Part shown: piece after piece, positions 1 to 9,207 of the stretch
How positions within the stretch are numbered: position 1 is the stretch's first letter
Layout of the letters: each line of letters begins with the position of its first letter
NCBI GenBank assembly: GCA_036381415.1
Contig: DASVCV010000002.1
Coordinates: 20,091-84,090 of the forward strand
Length of the DNA: 64,000 nt
DNA from: Patescibacteria group bacterium
Lineage (GTDB): Bacteria > Patescibacteriota > Microgenomatia > UBA8517
Direction: 5' to 3'
Position numbers and translations under genes: made by a program
Notes under the pieces: generated by a model
Databases searched by the model: none
The model's input: only the letters and a program-made list of their open reading frames with translations
Told to the model about the DNA's origin: nothing

Positions 1-417
1 CTGGATGGCAGGGCAGCTGGTTTTGCACCCTTAAAACTGACAAAAATTGCTGCAGGGAACCATAAATTAACAGTTGAATACCCAGGCTCGGGGCAGCGCA
101 ATTTAAGCGTAAGGACGCTTAACGGATACAATTTAACTGCTGTTGTTAAGTTAGCTAATAGTACTAATACTTCTACTCTTGGAGTGCAAACTAAGAGTTC
201 ACCTCAGGTTGAGGTTTTAGAGACAGCAGCTGGGTTTTTAATTGCAAGAGAAACTCCAACTACTGCATCAAATGAAGTTGGACATGCGCTTGATGGACAG
301 AAATATAATTTTATTTCTAAGAGCAGTGACTCTCAATGGTATGAGGTCGATCTGGGGGGAGGGAAAAGTGGCTGGATTTCGGTACTATATGCAACTGTAT
401 CAGGTGAATTGAAATAG
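1..417 (+). CDS. 3' (C-terminal) fragment of a larger protein cut by the window edge. The C-terminal ~60 aa resemble a bacterial SH3 (SH3b) domain.
   Basis: Frame 1 is open from nt 1 with no stop until 417. The listed GTG at 184 is internal. The W-Y-E-V...G-W-I motif is typical of SH3b folds. Confidence 0.45.
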   Translation: MDGRAAGFAPLKLTKIAAGNHKLTVEYPGSGQRNLSVRTLNGYNLTAVVKLANSTNTSTLGVQTKSSPQVEVLETAAGFLIARETPTTASNEVGHALDGQKYNFISKSSDSQWYEVDLGGGKSGWISVLYATVSGELK

Positions 418-488
418 ACCCGAAACTCCTATAGTATGTTTACTGTTTTTCACGCGTGTAAACAAATTGGGGAGAGAATTAAATGAAA

Positions 489-1445
489 TTATCTTAAGAA
501 GCTGAAAGTTAAACTTCCGTATAGAATCCAGATGACCATCATTGTCCAAATTACGACTGATGCAACCAATGGAATATCTGACAGCAAAAGCTTTTCTGGA
601 GCCTCAGATCTCCCCTCAAAGATAAGTGCCTGATATCTCATTATTCCGAAAATTGTGACAGGGATTGTTATCATTAAAAGCTTGTTTATTGTTGTAGTGC
701 GTGAAAACTCTGAAAGGAAGAGCCAGAGATTAAGTGGTACTTTGGGAGATTCAAAAAATGTAAAGAGCGCCCAGCTCATCCAAGATGCATTTCCGAACAT
801 AGTTACATATGAATTAAGAAGATCTTTTGGATATTTCTGAAGAGATTTTCTGGTCTCCCCTCCTGGGACAATCCCCAATTCTGCTCTTCTTTTGCCTGAG
901 GCAAGGAAAAGAGCAACTGATATTACACAAAGAAGGAACCAGACTGAAAGATGGGCATCAATTACAAAAGCTCCTGCATAAATTCTTATTACAAAGCCGG
1001 TTGCAATAATGAGGATGTCTAGAACAGGTACGTTTTTAAGGATCAGTGAATAGGCTAACTGGATAAGAAGATAGCTTAGAATAAGTACAAATAACAGGTC
1101 TGAGAGAGCTTTGGAAAGAAGAAGAGCGATAACAGCTAGAAAAAGAGTTTCAGCTATGGCGATTGAGACAGGCAATGTTCCTTTTGCAATAGGTCTCCCC
1201 TTTTTGATTGGGTGAAGCCTATCTGAAGGCGCATCGACAATGTCGTTAAAAATGTAAGTGGCTGAAGCTGCAAGGCTAAATGCCCAAAAGGCCCAGAATG
1301 CTCTTAAAAAGAAAAACTTATCATATAGAAGACCTGAGAAAATAAGTGCAGCAAAGATACTTAAGTTTTTTGTCCAATGAGGAGGGCGAGTGACAAGAAT
1401 GGCAGCTTTTAATGTTTTAGCTATTTGGGACGGTAGGTAAGCCAT
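489..1445 (-). CDS. UbiA-family polyprenyl transferase (decaprenyl-phosphate phosphoribosyltransferase-like).
   Basis: About 8 predicted TM segments. The NDIVDAPSDRLHPIKKGRPIAKG stretch matches the UbiA NDxxDxxxD / RPIxxG motif. Genomic context is glycan carrier-lipid genes. Confidence 0.75.
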   Translation of the reverse strand: MAYLPSQIAKTLKAAILVTRPPHWTKNLSIFAALIFSGLLYDKFFFLRAFWAFWAFSLAASATYIFNDIVDAPSDRLHPIKKGRPIAKGTLPVSIAIAETLFLAVIALLLSKALSDLLFVLILSYLLIQLAYSLILKNVPVLDILIIATGFVIRIYAGAFVIDAHLSVWFLLCVISVALFLASGKRRAELGIVPGGETRKSLQKYPKDLLNSYVTMFGNASWMSWALFTFFESPKVPLNLWLFLSEFSRTTTINKLLMITIPVTIFGIMRYQALIFEGRSEAPEKLLLSDIPLVASVVIWTMMVIWILYGSLTFSFLR

Positions 1446-2488
1446 AATATTAATCCACCAATTGTGAATCCTACACCGATCATTGTATATAACTTAAAGT
1501 CAGTATTCAAATTAAGAGCTAAAATACCTAACAATGCAGTGATTGCCCAGTAAAGAAGTGCTACCTGGGGTTTGGTTAGACCTAAGTCTAGAAGACGGTG
1601 GTGTAAATGTCCCCTATCACCCCAGAACGGAGATTTGCCTGAGGCAATTCTTCTTACAATTACATAACCTGTGTCAATTAAAGGAACGGCAAGAGCTACT
1701 AAAAGAAGTCCAACCTTGGCTGTTGCAAGTATTGCTAATATTGCTAAAAGATAGCCTGCAAGGTTAGATCCAGCAAAGGAGGGCATTATCTTTTGCGGAT
1801 AGATGTGCCATGGAAGAAATCCTAGAAAAGCACCTCCTGTAGCAGCAGCTAAAATAATGACTGGTTTTTGAGTTGGATCTGGGGCAAATCTTAATGAAAG
1901 AATTGCTATGACAAAGGCTGCAATTGCAACTACTCCTGTTAGCTGGCCGTCTACTCCTTTTGCTCCAAAATTTAGAGCATTCATGAGAAGAACAATTAAA
2001 AAGAGAGCAAAAAGATCAGAAAGAATCCAAATACTATGAAAAGAACCAAAAATCTGGAAAGTAATTTGAGGATGAGAAAGATCTATTATTCCTCCAAATG
2101 GGTTTGTAATGTAGGCAATTCCAATTCCTGCTGCAATTGGGAAAAGAGCTGCTATAAACTGAATTACTAATCTAAGGTAAGGGTTAAGATCAAACTTATC
2201 ATCTAGAATACCCATTATCATAATCACAACAGCACCAGCAATAATTCCAAGAAGGTGTTTATCTATGGGAAGAAACACGGCAGTTGCTAAAAGAAATGCA
2301 GTAAAGATGGCAAGTCCTCCCCCTCTTGGTATTGGATAGGTATGGAGGACTTTGGGGTGTTTATGTTTGGCTGGATCATCTATAAGGCCAACTTTCCAAG
2401 AAAGGAGTAGGACAAAAGGTGTTACCAGAAATGAAATAATTGCTGCCAAAATTGCAGGAGGGAAAATAAGCTGGTTTATATTTGTCAT
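1421..2488 (-). CDS. Polyprenyl-phosphate sugar-1-phosphate transferase, MraY/WecA/TagO (GT4) family.
   Basis: Polytopic membrane protein with ILDDKFDLNPYLRL (DDxxD loop), NALNFGAKGVDGQ (NxxNxxDGxDG-like) and GHLHHRLL (HHR) motifs. Confidence 0.7.
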   Translation of the reverse strand: MTNINQLIFPPAILAAIISFLVTPFVLLLSWKVGLIDDPAKHKHPKVLHTYPIPRGGGLAIFTAFLLATAVFLPIDKHLLGIIAGAVVIMIMGILDDKFDLNPYLRLVIQFIAALFPIAAGIGIAYITNPFGGIIDLSHPQITFQIFGSFHSIWILSDLFALFLIVLLMNALNFGAKGVDGQLTGVVAIAAFVIAILSLRFAPDPTQKPVIILAAATGGAFLGFLPWHIYPQKIMPSFAGSNLAGYLLAILAILATAKVGLLLVALAVPLIDTGYVIVRRIASGKSPFWGDRGHLHHRLLDLGLTKPQVALLYWAITALLGILALNLNTDFKLYTMIGVGFTIGGLILWLTYRPK

Positions 2489-2809
2489 TTAAATTTTTCC
2501 TACAAGTAGAATTATTCTTAATACTGTAATTGCAGAAAGAGCTGTTACTACAACTGTAAGGCCAACAAGAATTTGTTTTATGAACTCTTCTTTAGAGGTT
2601 TTACTTATAAAAATATTGGCTCCAATGAAGGCGAGAGCTACAAAAGGAGGAATAATTAGAGCCCAGGTGTTTGCCAGTTGTTCATCTCCATATGGAAGGC
2701 CATAAAAAAGAGGTACAACAGGAGGTAGGTGCGGCTGCAAAAGAAGTATTACTAGAATTATGAGAAGATTTACGACAGCAGCTGCCACTTCTATTTTTTC
2801 TATTAGCAT
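2489..2809 (-). CDS. Small integral membrane protein (3-4 TM), function unknown.
   Basis: 106-aa hydrophobic ORF packed tightly (1 nt gap) between the GT4 and GT-C genes on the same strand. Confidence 0.4.
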   Translation of the reverse strand: MLIEKIEVAAAVVNLLIILVILLLQPHLPPVVPLFYGLPYGDEQLANTWALIIPPFVALAFIGANIFISKTSKEEFIKQILVGLTVVVTALSAITVLRIILLVGKI

Positions 2810-2828
2810 TTACCAAATTGTAGACTAA

Positions 2829-4349
2829 TTACTGTGGTAGACGCAATTGAGGCTTGGGAATGTTGATTTTGATCCAGATTTCATAGTTTGAGCTGGTTTC
2901 AACTGGAACATAGTTTAGAGCAAGAAAACTTCCAAGAGCTGGAAAACTTCCTCCTTCTTCTAGGGTTACTATGAATTTTGGCGGATTACTTTGCAGGGCT
3001 TTTATTACATCTTCTTTTGATGAAAAGTCACTGATATGATAATTTGCTACATATTTAAAAGGCGGAAGCCTTTTAGATAGTGCATAGATTGGTGGAGAAT
3101 CTCCCCAAACAAAAACAGGGTCATTGTAGTTTGATGATATAGAAAGATATTTGGCAATTTTGTAATTTCTATTAACATGAGAATCGAATTCATCAAAATA
3201 TTCTTCTTTTGATATCTGGTGTGTTGCAAATCTGATAAAGCGGCTGTAGTAGGTAAATGTTGAGTAGTAGTAAAACTTGTAATAGACAGGAACTAGAAGA
3301 GCTAAAAATAATGGTATTACTGCAAGAGCTTGTTCAATTCGAGTGGAAGCTAAGAGAATTGCAGTAAGAATAGATATTGGTGCAATAGATTGGATTAGAT
3401 AGTGGGGATACGGACGTTCGGAAAGAGTTGCTGCAAAGAGACTTGTTAATAGCCAAATGGTAGCAAAGATGAATGGTGTTGAAAGCTTCTTATTTTTAAT
3501 TTTAAGAATTACTAATCCTATTAGGATGACAGAGGATCTTAAAAGAAGAGGACCATTTTTAACTAAGAAAGGAGTTTGGTTTTCTCCCCCTCTCCAAGAT
3601 GAAAGGTAGCCAACATTTTGAAGGAATGCTGCAACTAGGTACTCATTAAATGCTCCTTTTGTCCAATACCAAATGAAGGTTGCAAGAATGGGCAGAATAA
3701 AACCTAAAGCAAGAACAAAAGTTTTTTTGATAATGCTAATAACATTTTCTTTATTTATTTTTGAAACTACAATCCAAAAAAGAACTACGGCTGGAACATC
3801 AAAACTTGCAGGGATTTTAAAAAGAGCTGCTAATGAAAAAAGAAGTCCTGCAAAAAAGATCTTTTTGTAATTTGGCTTAGTAAGAAGTATTAAAAAGGCT
3901 AGCATTATTGGGCCAATAAGGAAAAGTTCACTATTTACAATATTTCCTTCTAAAAGTGGAAGAGTGGAAAGAAGAGCAAAAATAACCGTAGCAATTTTTT
4001 GGAGTTTTGTGTTGTTTTCAAAAAGAATAGTTGTAAGTTTCCAGAATACTACCACAGTTACCAGCATCCAGAAGGCTAGAATTACTTTGAACCAAAAAAG
4101 GTTTCCGCCTATGGCTGCTAAAAGGTAAATTAGTGGAGGTTTATTGTCATGAATGTTTTTGTAGAGAGTAAGACCGTGACGAATTCCTTCTCCTAAAGTT
4201 AGATATATCATTTCATCTCCATATGAGTAGGGTTCAAAAAATGAAGGAATACGAAGTATTAATGTTAGACCTAAGAGGCAACAGAGCCAGTTTGGAATTC
4301 CTAACTTTCTATCTAATTCTTTGATCTTATTTATTATCTGACGAACCAT
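2829..4349 (-). CDS. GT-C fold membrane glycosyltransferase (ArnT/PMT-like, GT39/GT83 type).
   Basis: N-terminal YSYGDEMIY DE motif in the first extracytoplasmic loop, a following KPPL motif, and 10+ TM helices. Confidence 0.65.
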   Translation of the reverse strand: MVRQIINKIKELDRKLGIPNWLCCLLGLTLILRIPSFFEPYSYGDEMIYLTLGEGIRHGLTLYKNIHDNKPPLIYLLAAIGGNLFWFKVILAFWMLVTVVVFWKLTTILFENNTKLQKIATVIFALLSTLPLLEGNIVNSELFLIGPIMLAFLILLTKPNYKKIFFAGLLFSLAALFKIPASFDVPAVVLFWIVVSKINKENVISIIKKTFVLALGFILPILATFIWYWTKGAFNEYLVAAFLQNVGYLSSWRGGENQTPFLVKNGPLLLRSSVILIGLVILKIKNKKLSTPFIFATIWLLTSLFAATLSERPYPHYLIQSIAPISILTAILLASTRIEQALAVIPLFLALLVPVYYKFYYYSTFTYYSRFIRFATHQISKEEYFDEFDSHVNRNYKIAKYLSISSNYNDPVFVWGDSPPIYALSKRLPPFKYVANYHISDFSSKEDVIKALQSNPPKFIVTLEEGGSFPALGSFLALNYVPVETSSNYEIWIKINIPKPQLRLPQ

Positions 4350-5662
4350 ATAAATTTAAGGTCTGAAAATGTGTGGATTTCTCCTACATTATAATTTGGG
4401 ATTTTTACTTCATCGACCGGACCGCTTGTTATTACTCCAACTCTAAAAGCATTTTTGGGAAGAGTGTAGACAGTGTCAGAGGGTGTCATCAAAGCAGTTC
4501 CAACAAAGAAAGGAAGAGCACCCTTACTTGTTAAATAAATGGGTGCATCTATGTTGTAATATTTTGCTTCCCATAAATGATGGGCAGTTCCATTCCAGTT
4601 AACAACATAGTCGTCTCCCCTTTTTGATTCATGAACATATTGGGCTAAATCTTTAAAAGGAAGTTTTGTAGGATGAGTGAAGTAGGTGAAATCAATTATT
4701 AAAAAGAGGGAAACAAGAATTGCAATGAATGGTGTTGAGATTTTTCGTCTTGAAGAGGCAAGAACTAACATTCCTGCTGGGATTGCATAAAGAAGGTATC
4801 TGTCAAAAAAAATGGGTTGGAATTTTTGTGAGACAAGCCAAGTTAAAAGAATTGGGCCAAAAAACCAAAGAAGAAGAAAGGCTGATTTTTGTATGTTTTT
4901 GTGCCACTGTCTTAGAACTAAAATAATAAGTCCAAAAATTAGAGCTGGTTTGGCTAATGGGTTATTAATTCCAGTTGCAAGATATTTAGCAGAAAGTCCA
5001 AGAAAATCAGTAATGGTAGGTTTTCCTAACCAGAAGCCAGAGCCAACCATTTTGGTTTGGTTATAGAGTGGGATAAGCCAGGGAATATACAAGACTCCAA
5101 TTGCAAGGAAGGAAAGGAAGTGGGAAATTGCATTTTGCCTTTCTTCTTTTGCCTTTTTGCCTTTTTTTGTGAATGCAAATGCTGCTTGTTTTAGGAACCA
5201 AACTCCTTGGATAAATATTGCAAAGATAGCAAAGTGATGGGTGTAGAGGCTAAGAACAGTTGCTACTACATATGGAATCCACTTTTTGGTGAGCATGAAG
5301 TAGAAGGAAGCAGTTACTGTTAGGGCAAGTAAGCTGTACATTCTTCCTTCAAAAGCATAGTTAAAAAAGAAGGGATTTAGAAACACAAGAATGGCTGCAA
5401 TGGCAGCAACATTTTTGTCCCAAAGATATTCCCCAATTTTATATACAAAAAAGATGGCTAAGAGAAAAAAGAGGAAGGAAAGAAGTCTAATTGCTACTTC
5501 ACCATGTCCAAAAAAACCAAACCAGATATGTTCTAAAATGTTGTATAGAGGTGGAGATGTGTCATGAGTGATTGTAGAAATTATGTCAGGGATAGATTTT
5601 TGAGAAAGAACTGCTGAGAAAGCTTCATCACCCCAAATACTTACATTAAATTGGTTAAGCAT
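4334..5662 (-). CDS. GT-C fold membrane glycosyltransferase (PMT/YkcB-like).
   Basis: N-terminal WGDEAF DE motif, a polytopic membrane body and a C-terminal soluble domain. It overlaps the downstream GT-C gene by 16 nt, consistent with an operon. Confidence 0.65.
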   Translation of the reverse strand: MLNQFNVSIWGDEAFSAVLSQKSIPDIISTITHDTSPPLYNILEHIWFGFFGHGEVAIRLLSFLFFLLAIFFVYKIGEYLWDKNVAAIAAILVFLNPFFFNYAFEGRMYSLLALTVTASFYFMLTKKWIPYVVATVLSLYTHHFAIFAIFIQGVWFLKQAAFAFTKKGKKAKEERQNAISHFLSFLAIGVLYIPWLIPLYNQTKMVGSGFWLGKPTITDFLGLSAKYLATGINNPLAKPALIFGLIILVLRQWHKNIQKSAFLLLWFFGPILLTWLVSQKFQPIFFDRYLLYAIPAGMLVLASSRRKISTPFIAILVSLFLIIDFTYFTHPTKLPFKDLAQYVHESKRGDDYVVNWNGTAHHLWEAKYYNIDAPIYLTSKGALPFFVGTALMTPSDTVYTLPKNAFRVGVITSGPVDEVKIPNYNVGEIHTFSDLKFIWFVR

Positions 5663-5714
5663 TGTACTTTTAGTCTAGCAAGAAAGAGAAGGAAGTTAAA
5701 GTTTGGATTATGGA

Positions 5715-5945
5715 TTATAGATGAAGTGTGTCATCTCCCTCTGACACTTTTGAGTTACCTGCGTCAATTACTCTGTATGTGAAATCTTGTAGGTCGCCAC
5801 ACAGGCATTTACCATCAAAAAGATTAGATTTATTTAAATATTCTTTTGGAGGAAGAAGATTAAGGTGAGCCATATGTGAAATTAATTGTTTCTTTAGGCA
5901 TAATTCACAACCCAAGCATTGAGGAAGAGGACATCTTTCCAACAT
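5715..5945 (-). CDS. Small Cys-rich protein (CPLPQCLGCELC...CLC), possible metal or redox binder.
   Basis: 76-aa ORF with 6 Cys. Shares a CELC motif with the neighbouring 70-aa ORF. No homolog recognised. Confidence 0.25.
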   Translation of the reverse strand: MLERCPLPQCLGCELCLKKQLISHMAHLNLLPPKEYLNKSNLFDGKCLCGDLQDFTYRVIDAGNSKVSEGDDTLHL

Positions 5946-6044
5946 GGTTTATTATAACTTTACAAATTTTGAGGTCAAGGTCAGCAGTAAGAGGGGGATT
6001 TTTTCGATATTGAAAGCTATTGGTGGAGGAGAATATTGTGTTGT

Positions 6045-6257
6045 TCAACGTTTTTTGTGCAGAATAATAGTGTCTACTCCAAAAGTTTTGGACGTATCCA
6101 GCTTGCTCTTAAGATGCACCGATGATAATTCCCTTACCTTTGGACAAGGGGTGACGAATGCCAGGATTTTTTCAAGATCTATTCCTTTTGCTCTTGCTTT
6201 TGATAGCTTTTCCCAGTCGGCACATCCTCCTTCTTTGTTGCAGAGTTCACAGGACAT
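6045..6257 (-). CDS. Small CxxC-containing protein.
   Basis: 70-aa ORF starting MSCELCNKEGGC. Sits in an intergenic gap between the GT-C and GT2 genes on the same strand. Confidence 0.3.
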   Translation of the reverse strand: MSCELCNKEGGCADWEKLSKARAKGIDLEKILAFVTPCPKVRELSSVHLKSKLDTSKTFGVDTIILHKKR

Positions 6258-6289
6258 TGTCAGATATTACCTTAATGAATGGGTGATGT

Positions 6290-7783
6290 CTAGACTTTTT
6301 CCGTTACTTTATATTCTATATATTTACCCAACATAAGGCGTGTGTGCGCATCTAAACCTGGAAGAGCTGAGAAGAAAAACCCTGCAACAGGCATTAATAT
6401 AAATTCAAAAGGAACAAGAAGGGCACGCCATAACGGAAAGGTTGCCGGCCTTTTTGGTTTATAGTAACTATCAATAATAATCATTACTAGAAGAAATACT
6501 AGAGCAACTGTTAAAACAAAAGAGGAAAGTTTTGGAACAGTATAGCCTAGAACGGTTCTTCCAAAAGCTGGATTAAGAATTGTTGGGACTGTGAGTCCAA
6601 TTGTAATAATGAACCAGTTAACTGGCCATAAAAAGTGGGACCAGATTACATATACCAACCTTAATGTTTTTTCAAAGAAGGGAACGTCTGGGGTTAGGAA
6701 GTAATCTCTAATTATCCATGGATCATCTGAAGCTCCCCATGCCCATCTTTTAAGCTGTTCATATTGAGTAACTAGGGTTTTCCAGACAGTTGTTGATTGA
6801 GCAGCGTCTGCAAATAATGGAAGATAGATTGGTTCCACTTCTAGCTTTCCTTTCATTTTGTAAAAAGCTTTAAAAAATATTCCCCAATCTTCTGGAATTT
6901 TATCTGGATCCCAATAGCCTACTTCATCAAGAAGTTTAAAAGAAAGAGAGTAGTTTTGCTGATTAATAAGGCGGTCACGACGAGGTAGTTGAGAAAGATT
7001 CCAGATTGAGCCAAGAGTATTTTGAACACGAGTGATTGCAGGAAGTTCCCAAATGTTGTTGTAAAACATTACTGCTGGCTGCCAGAAGTAATTGTATCTT
7101 CTTGGATTATCTAAGAATTTAAAAGTAAGACAAGAGAAATGCTTGGGGTGGTATTTATGGTCTGCATCACAGGAGGTGACTGTATAGTAATTAATGTCTT
7201 GTCCTTTTGCATCAATTAAATTTTCTTTAACCCAAATTGCAGCAAAGCGTTCGTTAGAGGCCTTTCCGGCAACTTCACCAGGGACTAATTCATGAACTGT
7301 TACAACTAGATTTCCAAAAAGTTTGCCAAATTTTTCTTTTAATATTTTTACTTTAGGAAGACGAGACTCTTCTGGTTCTTTTTTCTCCATTGCCATTACA
7401 ACAATGAGCTGTTTAAGAGGAAGATCTTGAGAAGCCAGAGACTTAAGAGTTCTTTCTAAGATATGTATGGGTTCTTTGTAGGTTGGGATTATTACAACAT
7501 GACGTACCTTTTCCCAGTCGGGGAAAGCTTTAATATCCCCTACCCAATCAAAGTTCATTGAGGCTTGTACTCTTATATGGGAAATAACAACTGTGATTGC
7601 AATTTGGAGTGATTGGTAAAACCAGTAAATATTAAAAAATAAAACAAAGTAAGCAACTGCATTTGGGATAACAAGAATTCCCCAGTATGGAAAAAGAATT
7701 AAATTCCAGGAGACAAAACCTGGAAGGATTTCCAAGAATCTTAAAACACCTTTTTCATGCTTAAGAATAAAATTTCTAATCAT
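6290..7783 (-). CDS. Family 2 glycosyltransferase, processive type (cellulose/chitin-synthase-like) with C-terminal TM helices.
   Basis: VVIIPTYKEP (first D/UDP-binding region), SCDADHKY (DxD), QLKRWAWG (Q-x-x-R-W processivity motif), and N- and C-terminal TM segments. Confidence 0.75.
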   Translation of the reverse strand: MIRNFILKHEKGVLRFLEILPGFVSWNLILFPYWGILVIPNAVAYFVLFFNIYWFYQSLQIAITVVISHIRVQASMNFDWVGDIKAFPDWEKVRHVVIIPTYKEPIHILERTLKSLASQDLPLKQLIVVMAMEKKEPEESRLPKVKILKEKFGKLFGNLVVTVHELVPGEVAGKASNERFAAIWVKENLIDAKGQDINYYTVTSCDADHKYHPKHFSCLTFKFLDNPRRYNYFWQPAVMFYNNIWELPAITRVQNTLGSIWNLSQLPRRDRLINQQNYSLSFKLLDEVGYWDPDKIPEDWGIFFKAFYKMKGKLEVEPIYLPLFADAAQSTTVWKTLVTQYEQLKRWAWGASDDPWIIRDYFLTPDVPFFEKTLRLVYVIWSHFLWPVNWFIITIGLTVPTILNPAFGRTVLGYTVPKLSSFVLTVALVFLLVMIIIDSYYKPKRPATFPLWRALLVPFEFILMPVAGFFFSALPGLDAHTRLMLGKYIEYKVTEKV

Positions 7784-9207
7784 TATTTTAGCCGTGGGAA
7801 AAGAGGATTACCCTTTTTGATTTTAGGCCCTTTAAATTGTTTTTCTATTTTGTTGGCAGTATCGGGAAGGAAGGGTTTGAGATCTACTGCAATTTGTCTA
7901 ATATCATTAACAAGAAATTCAAGTACTTTTTGAAGTTCTTCTCCTTTTAATTCCCAGACTTTTTTACTATTTATTAGAATGTCTGCTTCTTTTATTTTGT
8001 CCCAAATAAATTTTAAAGCATCGTCAAACTCGTAATTAGAAAGAGCGATATCGATGTCTGGTTCTATATTGGATTTATTTTCTGGAAAACTAAATTTAGA
8101 GTTTTGGGCAAGGGTTGAAATTCTAGAGATTAAATTTCCGAGGCCGTTTGCTAGGTCTGCATTATATGCAGTTTCAAATTTTTCGAAAGTGAAATCGCTG
8201 TCTTCCCATGGATGAATTTTTGCTAGTAGATAATATCTAGTTGCATCAGTTCCATATTTTTCTACTAGTTCATATGGAGAAACCACATTCCCCAAACTTT
8301 TGCTGATTTTTTGCCCATCCTTAGTTACAAAACCATGAATGAAGACTTGTTTAGAGTTTGGAAGACCTGCTGACATTAACATTGCTTGCCAGATAGCTGT
8401 TTGTTGACGAAGGTTATCTTTTCCAGCAAATTGGATTACAGGCCACCATTTTTTAAATTCATTTGCTTTATCAGGCCACCCTATTGCTGAAACATAATTC
8501 ACTAAGGCATCGAACCATACAAACATTACATGTTCTGGATCCCCTGGGACATCTATTCCCCATGGCATTTTGCTTTTCAGTCTTGAAATACTGAAGTCTT
8601 GAAGGCCGTTTTTGACGAATGTTTTTATTTCTTTGTACTTTGATTCGGGAACTACAAAATCTTGGTTTTTTTCATAAAACTTTAGTAATTTATCTTGGTA
8701 TTTGGAAAATTTAAAAAAATAATTTTCTTCTTCGTATATTTCTATTTGTAAGTTTGGATGAATTGGGCATCGATTATCTACAAGTTCTGAGTCGGTTTTT
8801 TCCAGTTCGCATCCTACGCAATACTTAATTTTGTAAAGTTTTTTGTAGATATCTCCATTTTTTAAGCATTTTTCCCAGAATTCTTGAGCTGCTTTTATGT
8901 GGTGTTCATCAGTAGTTCTTATGAAGCTATTGTAGGTCAGATTAAGGGCCTTTTTAAGATTGTCAAACTTGGTTGCGTATTCATTTACATATTGTTGCGG
9001 CTTTTTTCCTTGCTCGATTGCTTTTCTATAGATTTTTAGACCATGCTCGTCTGTTCCAAAGTTAAAAAATACGCTATATCCAGACAACTTTTTGTGCCTG
9101 GCATAGGCATCTGCCTGCACTATTTCAAGTGCAAATCCTATGTGTGGATCAGAGTTGACATACGGTAGTGTTGTTGTTAAGTAGATGTTTTTTGTGCTCA
9201 TGCGCAA
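7783..9207 (-). CDS. metG: Methionyl-tRNA synthetase (minimal form, no C-terminal tRNA-binding appendix).
   Basis: PYVNSDPHIGF (HIGH-class motif), KISKSLGN (KMSKS), and a zinc knuckle CVGCE...CPIH. Confidence 0.9.
   Translation of the reverse strand: MRMSTKNIYLTTTLPYVNSDPHIGFALEIVQADAYARHKKLSGYSVFFNFGTDEHGLKIYRKAIEQGKKPQQYVNEYATKFDNLKKALNLTYNSFIRTTDEHHIKAAQEFWEKCLKNGDIYKKLYKIKYCVGCELEKTDSELVDNRCPIHPNLQIEIYEEENYFFKFSKYQDKLLKFYEKNQDFVVPESKYKEIKTFVKNGLQDFSISRLKSKMPWGIDVPGDPEHVMFVWFDALVNYVSAIGWPDKANEFKKWWPVIQFAGKDNLRQQTAIWQAMLMSAGLPNSKQVFIHGFVTKDGQKISKSLGNVVSPYELVEKYGTDATRYYLLAKIHPWEDSDFTFEKFETAYNADLANGLGNLISRISTLAQNSKFSFPENKSNIEPDIDIALSNYEFDDALKFIWDKIKEADILINSKKVWELKGEELQKVLEFLVNDIRQIAVDLKPFLPDTANKIEKQFKGPKIKKGNPLFPRLK

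Noticed and set aside
655-1009. Plus-strand ORFs 655..840 and 827..1009 inside the UbiA gene. Similar short ORFs occur inside most long genes: 1543..1767, 3047..3229, 3673..3870, 4729..5066, 11387..11572, 12121..12423, 14437..14670, 17565..17774, 18602..18871, 19819..20103, 21054..21311, 23045..23248, 24722..25024, 33498..33725, 36076..36382, 37117..37311, 38223..38677, 38757..39242, 42114..42338, 43169..43720, 45182..46297, 47502..48812, 51024..52494, 53003..53307, 55437..56849, 57244..57571, 58468..59074, 59861..60355, 62994..63224.
   Set aside because: Shadow ORFs on the opposite strand or an alternative frame of well-supported genes, with low-complexity translations and no motifs. They are expected in AT-rich DNA.
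5944-6336. 130-aa plus-strand ORF overlapping the small Cys-rich ORFs and the GT2 3' end.
   Set aside because: Opposite to the operon strand, overlaps two better-supported ORFs, low-complexity product. Likely spurious.
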